The translations under genes and the position numbers were made by a program. This document shows positions 1 through 12,400 of a DNA stretch of 64,000 bases, piece by piece. The stretch lies in the NCBI RefSeq assembly GCF_963921235.1, contig NC_086097.1:151530001-151594000 (forward strand), given 5' to 3'. This DNA is from Mobula hypostoma (taxonomy: Eukaryota). How positions within the stretch are numbered: position 1 is the stretch's first letter; the number at the start of each line of letters is the position of its first letter. The notes under the pieces were generated by a model, which saw only the letters and a list, made by a program, of their open reading frames with translations, did not search any database and was not told where the DNA came from.

Positions 1-89
1 GCCTGAGTAGAGGATGGATGTTAATTGAATGATACATAATAGTCCAGACAACAAGGGAGGTAATTATCTGCACTGAAGACCAATTGGAT

Positions 90-440
90 GGTGGGTTAGA
101 AATAGAATACGCCTCTACCAAAGGAGGTGTAAGGGGCTCCTTCCCTCCAATAGCCAGCAGGTCACCCTTGGGCAAGCTGTATCTGCTTAGCCCCCTGATC
201 AAGGTCACCTGAAGCAATTGGAGCAGGTGATGGATGGTGCACATCACAAGTCCTAGTTGTGCGACCATTGATGCCAGGCAGACAATCTCTGAAGAGTATT
301 GATCATGGCTGGGGTTACCCAGCTTGTAATGACACTGCCCAGAAGAAGGCAATGGCAAACCACTTCTGTAGAAAAATTTGCCCAGAACAATCATGGCCAT
401 GAAAGGACCATGATCACCTACATTATATGACATGATGCAT
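90..440 (+). mobile_element. RTE-related short element / SINE fragment
   Basis: Contains agaagaaggcaatggcaaaccacttctgta..., resembling the 3' tail motif of BovB/RTE-associated repeats; boundaries approximate. Confidence 0.5.
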
Positions 441-989
441 TAGAAACAAACAAAGACCAATCAACTTACATTTTTGTGGACACTTTGAAAGAAATCATAA
501 TTATTTCCACATCTGTTTTTTTGTGTACAAGTTCTTTGTCGTCTCTTGCCCTTTCTCAAAGCAAAACATCAACTGTCCACAGAAGCTGCCTGACCTACTG
601 AGTTACTCCAGCATTTAGTTTGATTCTCTAAATGTCAACATTTGCAAGCTTTTGTGTGCATCTACTTGCTAAGTCCTTAAAAAAAATTATATGCACCAGT
701 GCTCCACTTGACAGGGAATAAATCCTTTTGCCACCACCCTGACAAACAGTTGTTTAGGTATTTACATACTACTTTAAGTAAAAGGCAAATAAACAAAAGA
801 TAAGTTCAGTGAAAGTGTAAGTAGTTACAACAGAGGAAGAGGAAAACATGGAAAAACAGTTGTCTGAACTTGGGAATGTGGTGGCGGTAAAGGGTGTAGG
901 ACCCATGTTAATGCCAAAGAACAGGCAATACTTCCAGTCCCTGCTAACTCTTCAGCCATTCTCCATTCTGATGGCAAATAAACCACACT

Positions 990-3100
990 GCAATCAATCC
1001 AACCCTTCCATCCTACACAGCTTATAATCCATCACTTTTCTTACCACTACCTATCTAAGAATCTCTTTAATGTTCCTATTGTATCAGGCATCACTACCAC
1101 TCCTGGCAGTATGTTCCAGGCACCTATCACTCTATGTAAAGAACCAGCTTTAAACATCTCCATTCATCTTAAAATGAATCTCCTCTTATACCAGCCATTG
1201 CAGAAAAAAAGTGCTGGCTCTCCACTGTGTCTGTGCCTCTCATAATCCTATACACCTCTAACCAATTGCTCTCATCCTCCTTCACAGGAAAGAGAAAGGG
1301 CCTAGTTGGTCAGCTTTTTCTCATAAGATGTTCTCAAATCCAGGTAGTATCCTGGTAAGTCTTCTCTGCACTATCTCTAAAGCTTCCACATCCTTCCTAT
1401 AATGAGGCACAATACTCCAAAGGTATTATAACCAGGGTTATATAGAGCTGTAACATTGCTTCATAGCTCTTGAACTCAATTGCCTAACCAATGAAGGCCA
1501 GCTCACTATACACGTTCATAACCATCCTATCAACTTAGGCATACAACTTCAAGAAATCAATGGATACCAAGATCCCTTTGTTCCTCCTCACTGCTAATAA
1601 TCCTGCTATTAATCTTGTACTCTGCCTTCAAGCTCAATCTTCCAAAGTATATCAATTCACACTTTTCTAGACTGAACTCTGTCTACCACTTCTCTGCTCA
1701 GCTCCACATCCAATTTATATCCCTTTATGACATGTGACAACCTTCTATACTATCCCCCAGCACCAACCTTTGTATCATCTGCCAACTGACTAAACCACCT
1801 TTCACTTCCTCATGCAAGTCATTGATCAAAATCACAAAGAGCTGGGTTCCCACAACAATGCCTGAAAAATACCATTAGTCAGAGACCTTCAGGTAGAATA
1901 TTCTCCATCTATTACCAGCCTCTGACTTTGTGGACTAGCCAATTCAGAATCTTCACAGCCATTTCTGCCTGGATCCCATGCTTTGAGTCATAGCACTGAA
2001 ACAGGCCCTTCGGCTCACCTAGTCCACGTCAGACCATTATTCTGCCTAGTCCCACCGACCTGCACCTAGACCTTGCCCCATGCCCCTCCTATCCACTTAC
2101 CTATCCAAATTTCTCTTAAATGTTGAAATCGACCCTGCATCCACCACATGCACTGGGCAGCTCATTCCACACTCTGAATGAAGAAATTCTCCTATTGTTC
2201 CCCTTAAACAGTTTATTTTTCACCTTTAACCCATGACCTCTAATTGTAGTCTCACCCAATCTCAGTGGATAAAGCCTGTTTGCATTTACCCTATCTATGA
2301 CCCCTATAAATTTATATACCTGTATCAAATCATCCCTCAATTTTCTACATGCTAAGGAATAAAGTCCTAACCTACTCAACTTTTGCTGAGGTCCCAGCAG
2401 CATTCTTGTGATTTTTCACTGTACTCTTTCTATCTTACGTTTTTCCTGTGGGTATGTGACCAAAACCAGACACAACACCCTTTTAGGCCTCACCAACGTC
2501 TTATACAATTTCAACAAGGCCCGTGTGCCAAAGCTTTCTTTACGATCCTGTTTACCTATGACACCTCTTTCAAGAAATTATGGATTTGTATTCCCAGGTC
2601 TCTATTGTACCACACTCTTCACCATGTGAGACCTACCTTGGTTGTCCTCCCAAAGTGGAGCACCTCACACTTGTCTGTATTAACTTCTATCTGCCATCTT
2701 TCAGTCCATTTCATCAGCTGCAAGCTTTGATCGTCTTCCTTGCTCTCCACTACAGCCCCAATCTTGGTGTCATCCACAAATTTGCTGATCCAGGTTACCA
2801 CATTATCATCTAGAACATCGAAATAGATGACAAACAGCAACAGATCCAGCACCGATCCTCGCAGCACACCACTAGTCACAGGCCTCTAGTCAGAGATGCA
2901 GCCACTCACTGGCCTCTCCGCAAAACCAATGTCTAATGGAATTTACTACCAACTTGAATGCTAAGCAACTGAATCTTCTTGATTAACCTCCCATGTGGGA
3001 CCTTGTCAAAGGCCTTGCTAAAGTCCATGTAGACAATATCCACTGTCTTTCAACTTTCCTGGTAATTTGTTTGAAAAAACTCTTAAGATTGGTTAGGCAT
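990..3100 (-). mobile_element. Two adjacent degraded CR1 LINE 3' fragments (about 990-1980 and 1985-3100)
   Basis: Minus ORFs 2619-2879 (TSGVLRGSVL..SKFVDDTKIG..WQIEVNTDKCEVLHFG) and 2116-2403 (LGLYSL..LRDDLIQVYK..TIRGHGLKV) are CR1 RT and C-terminal motifs. Confidence 0.85.
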
Positions 3101-4013
3101 ATATTCCTCTCAGTGTAGGCTAATGAGTTAACTATTACTGTGAATACAAGTGAACAGCAACATAACTCGACAACACATGGGTAATAATGTGTCTAGAGTA
3201 AATATTTAGGTAAGCACACACATAAAAGTTTGATGGTTCATTCTAAGGCAAAACGGAGGCAATTACTGTAGAAACACTGACACACCCATGTAAATTTACT
3301 GTTCAATAGGAAACAATAATTTAACTCTCGCCAGTATAATCTTAAATTGAAATTGTATTGACTAAATATTTTAAACTATAACAAACAAAGTACTATACAA
3401 CACAAAATAAAGAAAGTGCCCACCCATATATATAAATATTAATCTATATCATGCACATAATCTTGGAGCTCATTGTTGCATAATCAAGCCAGCTTGCTTC
3501 ACTTAGTTTACTCATGATACCAAAATGGGTTTGCATTGAAGAATCTGTCTCAGGAAACAAATATTCATGCAACTTTCAAGGAAAAAGGCAACAAACTTTC
3601 TTCAATGCCATATGCTAACTATTGTCTGCATGAGGATTTCCCAACATCAGTATCTGTCCTTCCATATGAGGTCTGTGAGCATTTCACTCCGTTCCTATTT
3701 GATGTTCATTGTATGTTTCCATTCTCCTTTCTCCTGCAATCCCTCGCTGTCTCTAGAAAATGACTCCCCCATTCTTTTCCTGTGCACTTGGAAAAAATGT
3801 TAACAAGACAAATCTATTTGGCTAATGCAACAAACCTAACTTAATCAAATTTTATTTTAAATAAAAATGAAATACTTGATTATATAATGTAATTAAAGGA
3901 ATACTTATTGCACTTTGAGAAAATCTGCAGAAAGTAAAATACCCAACAGCATAACTGTATTAATAAAATAATAGATTATCTTAAACCAGAATATTCGAGA
4001 CACAAATTATCAC

Positions 4014-4286
4014 CAATGTTCCCTCTAATTTGTAATGACCAGTGTGTGCACTGAATAATTTCTTCAATAAGCCAGTTCTAAAATCCACAGACAAATCATC
4101 GCAAACTCCATGTTGACAACACTATGTGCATTGGAAACTGGAAAACGATTTGTGATTATGTATGATCATGAAATATACTTAACATGCCATTGAGTTAGAG
4201 GGTGACAACCTTTTGTTCACAGTTTAAATTCATTTGTGCAAAAGATGTGTGCACACTCACTCACACTCACAGTAGAGGGAACATTG
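4014..4286. mobile_element. hAT-type MITE
   Basis: 14-bp TIRs caatgttccctcta / tagagggaacattg; degenerate 8-bp flanks attatcac / cttaccat; same family as 44965-45231. Confidence 0.75.
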
Positions 4287-5640
4287 CTTACCATGCAGAA
4301 AGGCATGTTGTTTAACCATAATCAGTTCCTGTCCATCCAAATATTTCTATATCTGGTCCCTTAGAATACCTTCTAATAGCTTTCCCACTACTGATGTTAG
4401 ACTTAGAGCCTTTCTTAAACATCGGAACAACATTAGCTATCCTCTGGCATCTCACCCGCGGCTAAGGATGTTTTAAATAGTTTTGCTAGGGCCCTTGCAA
4501 TTTCGGCACTAACCTCCCTTATGGTCCAAGTGAACACCTTGTCAGGCCCTGGGGATTTGTTCACCCTAATTTGCTTCAAGTCAGCCAACTCCTCCTCATC
4601 ATCTTCTGTAATCAGACACACATACAAACTCTGCACTTTCAAAATTTCACTTTTGAAAGCCTCCCATTTACCAAGTACACCTTTGCTAGAAAACAACCTG
4701 TCCTAATCCACACTTGCCAGATCCTTTCTGAAACTGTCAAAATTGGCCTTTCTCCAAAACTTCTGTCACCTGCCTTTCTCATTCTCTAATAGGAGATCCA
4801 GTATTGCACTCTCTGTAGTTGGGACTTGTACTTACCGATTAACAAAGCTTACCTGAACACATTTAATAAACCTTTTCCCATCCAGCCCTTTTGCAGTTTG
4901 GAAGTCCCAGTCAATATGTGGGAAGTTAAAATCACCTACTATCACATGGTTTCTTACAACAGTCTGCGACCTTTCTACATATATTCTCTAAATCCTGCGG
5001 ACTGTTGGGTGGTCTATAATATAATCCCATTAACGTGGTCATACTTTTCTTATTCCTCATTTCTAAAGTCTCACTAGATGAGCTGTCCAGTCTATCCTAA
5101 GTGAGCCCTGTGGTGGCTTTTTCCTTTATCTAATAATGCCACTCCTTCCCCCTTTAATTCCTCCTGCTCTATCATGTCTAAAGCAACCGAACCCCCTCCC
5201 CCCAAACATTGAGGTATTTGTTCTGTCCTCCCTGCAGCAAAATGCCATTAATGGCTACAATGTCATAATTCCATGTTCTGATCTATGCCCTTAGCTCATT
5301 CACCATTCTTACAATACTCCTTGTAATGAAATATACACAGCTCAGAATACAAGTCCCATCATGCTCAACCTTTCGATTCCTTACTTTGTATGTAGGCTTA
5401 ACAGCATCATTCTTCTCAACCACTCGACATTATCTTTTCTGGAGCTCTGGTTCCCATCCTCTCCAGTTTTAACACCCCTTCCACCCCCAGCAGCATTAGC
5501 ACACCTTCCTGCTAGGATATTACCCCGCCTCCAGTTCAGGTGCAAACTGTCCCTTTTGTATAACTCCCACCTTCCCTAGAAGAGAACCCAATGATCCAAA
5601 AATCTGAAGCCCTCCCTCCTGCACCAACTCCTTGGCCACG

Positions 5641-7124
5641 TGTCTGTCCCCCACTTTTCCTTCGCTATATCGACGACTGCATTGGCGCTGCTTCCTGCAC
5701 GCATGCAGAACTCGTTGACTTTATTAACTTTGCCTCCAACTTTCACCCTGCCCTCAAGTTTACCTGGTCCATTTCCGACACCTCCCTCCCCTTTCTAGAT
5801 CTTTCTGTCTCTGTCTCTGGAGACAGCTTATCCACTGATGTCTACTATAAGCCTACTGACTCTCACAGCTATCTGGACTATTCCACTTCTCACCCTGTCT
5901 CTTGCAAAAACGCCATCCCCTTCTCGCAATTCCTCCGTCTCCGCCGCATCTACTCTCAGGATGAGGCTTTTCATTCTAGGACGAGGGAGATGTCTTCATT
6001 TTTTAAAGAAAGGGGCTTCCCTTCCTCCACTATCAACTCTGCTCTTAAACGCATCTCCTCCATTTCACGTACATCTGCTCTCACTCCATCCTCCCACCAC
6101 CCCACTAGGAATAGGGTTCCCCTGGTCCTCACCTACCACCCCACCAGCCTCCGGGTCCAACATATTATTCTCCGTAACTTCCGCCACCTCCAACGGGATC
6201 CCACCACTAAGCACATCTTTCCCTCCCCCCCTCTCTCTGCATTCCGCAGGGATCGCTCCCTGCATAACTCCCTTGTCCATTCGTCCCCCCCATCCCTCCC
6301 CACTGATCTCCCTCCTGGCACTTATCCGTGTAAGCGGAACAAGTGCTACACATGCCCTTACACTTCCTCCCTTACCACCATTCAGGGCCCCAAACAGTCC
6401 TTCCAGGTGAGGCATCACTTCACCTGTGAGTCGACTGGGGTGATATACTGCGTCCGGTGCTCCCGATGTGGCCTTTTATATATTGGTGAGACCCGACGCA
6501 GACTGGGAGACCGCTTTGCTGAACATCTACGCTCTGTCCGCCAGAGAAAGCAGGATCTCCCAGTGGCCACACATTTTAATTCCACATCCCATTCCCATTC
6601 TGACATGTCTATCCACGGCCTCCTCTACTGTAAAGATGAAGCCACACTCAGGTTGGAGGAACAACACCTTATATTCCGTCTGGGTAGCCTCCAACCTGAT
6701 GGCATGAACATTGACTTCTCTAACTTCCGCTAGGCCCCACCTCCCCCTCGTACCCCAGCTGTTACTCATTTTTATGCACACATTCTTTCTCTCACTCTCC
6801 TTTTTCTCCCTCTGTCCCTCTGAATATACCTCTTGCCCATCCTCTGGGTCACCCCCCCCCCGTCTTTCTTCCCGGACCTCCTGTCCCATGATCCTCTCGT
6901 ATCCCCTTTTGCCTATCACCTGTCCAGCTCTCGGCTCTATCCCTCCCCCTCCTGTCTTCTCCTATCATTTTGCATCTCCCCCTCCCCCTCCAGCTTTCAA
7001 ATCCCTTACTCACTCTTCCTTCAGTTAGTCCTGATGAAGGGTCTCGGCCTGAAACGTCGACTGCGCCTCTTCCTATAGATGCTGCTTGGTCTGCTGCATT
7101 CACCAGCAACTTTGATGTATGTTG
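5641..7124 (+). mobile_element. 5'-truncated Penelope-like retroelement (Neptune-type Cys-rich linker) with an open RT C-terminus and GIY-YIG endonuclease frame
   Basis: ORF 5591-6733: FLRYIDD, LPFLDL, YYKPTD, CKRNKCYTC linker, VIYCVRCSRCGLLYIGET..LGDRFAEH..E..LI..LGSLQPDGMN; then pyrimidine-rich 3' UTR and terminal repeat. The first ~17 aa of the ORF derive from flanking CR1. Confidence 0.93.
7026..7063 (+). ncRNA. Minimal type I hammerhead ribozyme in Penelope terminal repeat
   Basis: TAGTC-CTGATGA-AGG(gtctcgg)CCT-GAAAC-GTC-GACTG: intact core, stem I, 3-bp stem II, palindromic ACGT stem III, predicted cleavage after 7058. Confidence 0.8.
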
Positions 7125-8199
7125 TTAAACTATGATCTTCCTATTTCTGGCCTCATTAGCACATGGCACACGTAGCAGTCCCGAAATCACAATCCTGGAG
7201 ATGCTGTTGTTAAACTTAGCATCTAACTCTCTGAATTCACTTTGCAGAACCTTGTCACCCCTCCTACCCATGCCATTGGTCCCGATGTGGACTATGACCT
7301 TACTCCCTCCTCCCCCACTTTAGAATGGTGTGAATTCAATCCGAGGTTTTCCTCATCCTGCCACCTGGAAGGCAACAAACCACCTGGGGATCTTGTTCTC
7401 ATTGACAGGTTCCCTTTCCTGTTTCCCTAACCAATGAACCCCCTAACACTACAAGTTGCCTCTTCTATCCCCTTCCCTTCTGAACCACAGAGCCAGGGTC
7501 AGTGCCAGAGACCCTGTCAACTCCCCACCTCCCCTTTACCAGTATCCAAGGTGTTATACCTATTGTTGAGGGGAAGAGCCATAGGGATACTCTGCACTGG
7601 CTGCATATCCCCTTTCTCCCTCCTAATGGTCACCCAGTTACTTGTGTCCTGCACTTTTGCTGTAACTACCTCCCAGTATGTCCTATCTATCAACCCTTCA
7701 GCATCCCAAATGATCCAGAGTTCATCCAGTTCTGGCACCAACTTCTTAACACAGTCTGCCAGAAGCTGCAGTTGGATACACTTGCAAGTGTAGTTATCAG
7801 AGGCACTGGAGGTCTCCCTACCTTCCCACATTCCGCAAGAGGTGCATTCCAGTATCCTGTCTCTATCCTCAGTGCTTTAAATGTGTGATAACAAATAAAG
7901 AAATAATGAAAAAAAATCTACCTACAGCCTAGCCTCTCCTCATCAGAGCCTCAATAAAGCAAAGCCTCAACTCCCCACTCCAACATTGGCCCACTCAAAC
8001 AATGGCCTCTCTGCTTAAACCTAACCTTTTTTTTTAACTGCTTCTTGCCAATTGCTTAATTACATGCAATCCAATGTCTCTTTGGATCTGTGACGTGCAA
8101 AATGTACTGACTGACTCATGCTTAACTCTCTCCCACCAAACAATCTGGTGTCTCCTCGGGACTGTGGCATGCTTCATGAATTTTTCAGATATGCCTAAC

Positions 8200-8570
8200 T
8201 TGAGGAACGTTGTCAAACACCTTACTAAATATATATACTACATCCACTGCCCTACCTTAATTTGTTTTGTTACCACTTTAAAAAACTCAATCAGACTCGT
8301 GAGGCACAGCCTGCCCCTTATAAAGCCATGCTCATTATTCCTAATAAGTTTATGCTTCTCCAAGTGCTCATAAATCCTGACCCTAAGAACCCTCTTCATT
8401 AATTTGCCCACCACTGTCATAAGACTTACTGGTCTATAATATCCAGGATTTCCCTGTTACCTTTCTCAACAATAGAACATTTGCCATCCTCCAATCCTCT
8501 AATAATTCTAGTCAGCACCCTAAGGAATCTCTTCATTTGCTTTACATAGTAGCATGGGAATATGGTCAAT
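8200..8570 (-). mobile_element. CR1 RT fragment
   Basis: ORF 8238-8420 VVGKLMKRVLR..HGFIRGRLCLTSLIEFF. Confidence 0.8.
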
Positions 8571-8686
8571 AAGGTCTTCGGCTGAAGAACATGAGGCCTG
8601 ATTGAAAATTGAATTTAGTTAAAATAATATAAATGGCTAAACTTGGAGAAATCAGTATGAGAGTAAAATGAAGACTTAAAATGACA

Positions 8687-9409
8687 AATACAAAATGCTC
8701 AAGGAACTCAGCAAGTCAGGCAGCATCTATGGAAAGGAGGAAACAGTCAACATATTGGGCCAAGAACACATATCAGCACTGGAAAAGAAGGGAGAAAAGC
8801 CAGAGTAAGAAGATGGGGGGGAAGGGAAGGAGTACAAGCTAGAAGGTGATAGGTGAAACCAGGTGATCCATCGGCAACAAGCAGGATTTCTCTGTGACCA
8901 GCCATTTTAATTCCAATCCCTATTCCCATTACAACATGTCAGTCCATGGCCTCCTCTATTGCCACCATGAGGCTATTTCAGGTTGGAGGAGCAATACCTC
9001 ATATTTCATCTGAGTAAACTCAGACCTGATGACATGAACATTGATTTGTTTTTCTAAATTCTGATTTTTTTTTCCCATCTCCTTCCCTCTTCTTTCATCA
9101 CCCACACTGACTCTCCTCTTACCTCTTCTTCTCACCTGCCTATCACCTCCCAGCTTTTCACTGTTTCCCCCCGCTGCTCTACCCACCAGGCTTCACCTAT
9201 CACCTTCTTACTTGTACTTATTCCCTTCCTCCCACCACTAGCATCTTCGTATTCTGGTTTCTTCCCCTCCCCTTATTAGTCCTGATGTAGGATCGCAGCC
9301 AGAACCGGTGGCTGTTTATTCCTTTCCATACATGCTGCCTAACCTGTTGACTTCCTCTAGTATTTTGTTACTCTGGATTTCCAGCATCTGCAGAATTTCT
9401 TGTGTTTAT
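8687..9409. mobile_element. Older inverted Penelope-derived insertion (minus terminal repeat joined to plus 3' fragment)
   Basis: Left arm is the reverse complement of the terminal repeat; right part carries the endonuclease C-terminal remnant and tail; flanks gacttaaaatgaca (8673-8686) / gattaaaaatgaca (9410-9423), 12/14 identical. Confidence 0.75.
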
Positions 9410-12400
9410 GATTAAAAATGACAGGTAGCTGATTATCTGAGTCATGCTTGTATATAGAATTATATGTAGGAGATCATATTCTGAATGGAGAATACAATCA
9501 ACAATTTGAGAAGAGTTGGCAAGGTGGGCACATGGGCAGTATGGACTTGTTAAGCAGAAAGGGCTATATCCGTGTTGCATTGATCTATGACTAAGTTGCA
9601 TGTTCCAACCAACATTTGGTGTCCTTGAAGGTGGAATGGAAGGATTTTGAAAGGGCTGCTGTTGCATCTTTTGTGCTTCTAAGGGAAGTGGCCTGAGCAT
9701 TGTTATTAGGGTTGATGGAAAAGAAAAATTTTTGGAATGCTGAGAAATAAAATAAATTTTTGGTATCATCAAAGTTTAAATAACTGCATTTCCAGGAAAT
9801 GATCTGCTGAATGTAGAGGCTTGAAGAATGAGAATAAGGAACTGAGAATAAGGGCTGACCATTATAGTTTAGAGGGAACAGATTGAGGAAAATAAAGTGT
9901 GCATAATATAGTGTGGATTTTCCTAATTTAGTTATATTTGGACAACAGTAAAGCATACATAAAGGATTGATTTCCTTCAATTAATATTTTAATGCTGTCT
10001 TTATTTGTTTCTATATTAAAAACCAGCTTTGCAATGGAAGAAAATCAAAGAACTTTAGATGCAGTGTATTTAGAACAAAAATAAAAAATAGTGGAAACAC
10101 TCAACAAGTCAGCCAAAATCTTTGGAAAGAGAAAAGTTAGCATTTCGGGTCAGTGATTCTGTATTAAAGCCTTTATCTGGATCATCAACCTGAAATTTTA
10201 CTTTAAGATCCTCATGAAAAGCTGTGATAAAGGATCTTTAACCAAAAATATTAATTACTTCTTTCCATAATTGCAGTCTGATCTATAATGTAATAAAGAG
10301 ATATTAATGTTTAACCTCAGTTCAAGAGTAAAAAGAACATAATGTCATTTTGAAAATTTTAATTAATTAGAATTAGAATTTAATCTATTTCTAGTGCACT
10401 AAATTAGTACTGTGTTTACCAAAATGCCAAATTTAAGGGCCAGCAAGAATTACCTGCAAACTGGCCCAGCTTTGATCTGAGAAATCACTATTGTAATTTT
10501 ATTCTACCTACAAATATAAATAGAATGTGCTTTTCCTGTGCCGTTACGTTTGAGTTGTAACAGCAATGAAACGATCAGGAAACATCAATGTAAGTTCATC
10601 TGTGTATATACAGCAAATGTTTCACCAGGAGCTCTCCTGTATGGTTCCTGAAACTATTCAGCTTAGTCCTTGTTCTGCTGTGAATAAGGTTGTAGGTCAT
10701 GATCTCTTAGTGCATTTTCTATAAGTGTGTCAGAAATATGCAGCATGCATATTAATGATATCGCATGTGAATGATGGATAAATCACACCCATGGAAGGAT
10801 GAATTGTGAGGGAAATGCCCAGTCCAGTTTCCTCATTGAGCAGGACTTCAAGCAGGTAATAAATGCTAATACTTAAAAGCATGCACACTTTGTGCACTTA
10901 CAAAAGCATATGTTTTATTACTAATCCAATTTCTTGGCCTAGGTTGTTAACCTCATATTCTACATGTTATGTTCACTTTTGCTAAATATATTGGGACAGA
11001 TGGGCTGGTATTACATGATGAGGTATGGATGTATCTGTAGCCTATACTTCATTCCCACAAAATTAACAGGCTTCCTTTCTGTACATTTGAGAGTCTAGAG
11101 GATGACTGAAGTTGGATAGTTTCTGGCAGACCTTTGAATGCTTATGAAAAGCGGAATGCCCCATTAAAGCAAAATTGCAAACCTTGCTTTCATTTTTGCA
11201 TGAATACTACACTGAACTACACTGAATATTTATGGCAACACAAATGAGTTCCAGGAATTCCCCATTTTTGTGTTCCATCTTGGAGTTCTGGTAGAAATAG
11301 TCAAGACAAGGAAAGGATGAGATCCTGGTCTCCAGCAGCCACAAGAGGATCCCAAGGTCGTCATTAGTGGGTCTGGACAACTGGAATACTAGGCCATGGA
11401 GTTTAATTGACTTCACAAAAGCAATGAGGGTGAGTACTTATTGCAGTTGTCCCAACACCATCCAAGCGCATTGTTGTCATACTCTCCCAGAGTGCGCAAT
11501 AATTCCTTCCCTCTATTACATTCAACATATAAACTTATTTCCCCCACTAGAAATGGTGGCTGATAAGCTGTTAATGTTGACCCATATTTAAAGAGGAATT
11601 GGTTTGTGCAAAGTACAGCCTATTCTCTATTTAAGTCATAAAACGCTGAGGGATCATATAGATTACCATTGAGAACTGGACAGCTTAATCAAAGACAGTG
11701 AGCATAGATTCGGAAATTCCTGTCTGTTAGGGTCGGAATTTTTCTCAAGAAGGTAGCTAATGGTAGTACATTTGAAGAAATTTGGAACAATTTTTTAAAC
11801 TAGAGAAGCATGATAGTCTGTTCAAAAGGGAAAGTGGTGAGTTGGATTCAAACTGACTCTGATAAGAAGCAAAGAGCAAAGATTGGGTGTTATTTAACTA
11901 GACAGCTGTTTGCATTAAGTTCTTGAAGGTGCCTTTCCTTTTGTGTAATATATTAGATATCGAGACATATGTAGAAAGTTTGATTTGAAAAGGTTGTGGA
12001 TGATCTATGATATGTGATGAGAAAAGAAATCCCTGTACAGTAAATCATATGGACTGTAGGCAGATATTGAGCTGGTCAGTTAAGTAGTAAAGTGGCAAAT
12101 AATACTCAGTTTGGGATATATGTTATTGTGCTTTGGTGGTTGGGTTTGTGAGCAGGTCAAACATGCAAGGGGATACTCAAAAAAGGAACGCTATGCTGCA
12201 CATTCAGATTCTTCATGATACTCAAATGCTGGGTAAAGGTGATGCAGAGTTCTGACAAAATATTTTTCTTTATTACTGAAAAACAGAATAAGAGTGGAAC
12301 TGTGTGAAACAGCAATTAAAAAGAGAATGTTGGAAGTGGGGAGAGAAGCAGAATTACCTTAATAAAAACTAGAAAAGTGGGAAAGCATGTATTAAGTTAC

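Larger units (their letters stand above)
4320..7900 (-). mobile_element. Degraded CR1 LINE (ORF1 and 5' ORF2) split by a Penelope-like insertion
   Basis: Minus ORF 4433-4696 (KSPGPD..REVSAEIARAL..SLAAGEMPED); ORF1-like 7517-7831 (TCKCIQLQLL..ELDELWII); CR1 sequence resumes at ~7126 after the insert. Confidence 0.8.

Noticed and set aside
5838..7109. Overlapping alternative-frame and antisense ORFs over the Penelope element (likewise 49853-51587 and 53660-54152)
   Set aside because: Shadows of the TE frame and of low-complexity pyrimidine-rich UTR; no independent protein motifs
10480..10862. TE-free stretch ending in donor-like CAG|GTAATA, possible exon or conserved element
   Set aside because: No convincing acceptor or KHDRBS-like reading frame; conservation cannot be judged without alignment
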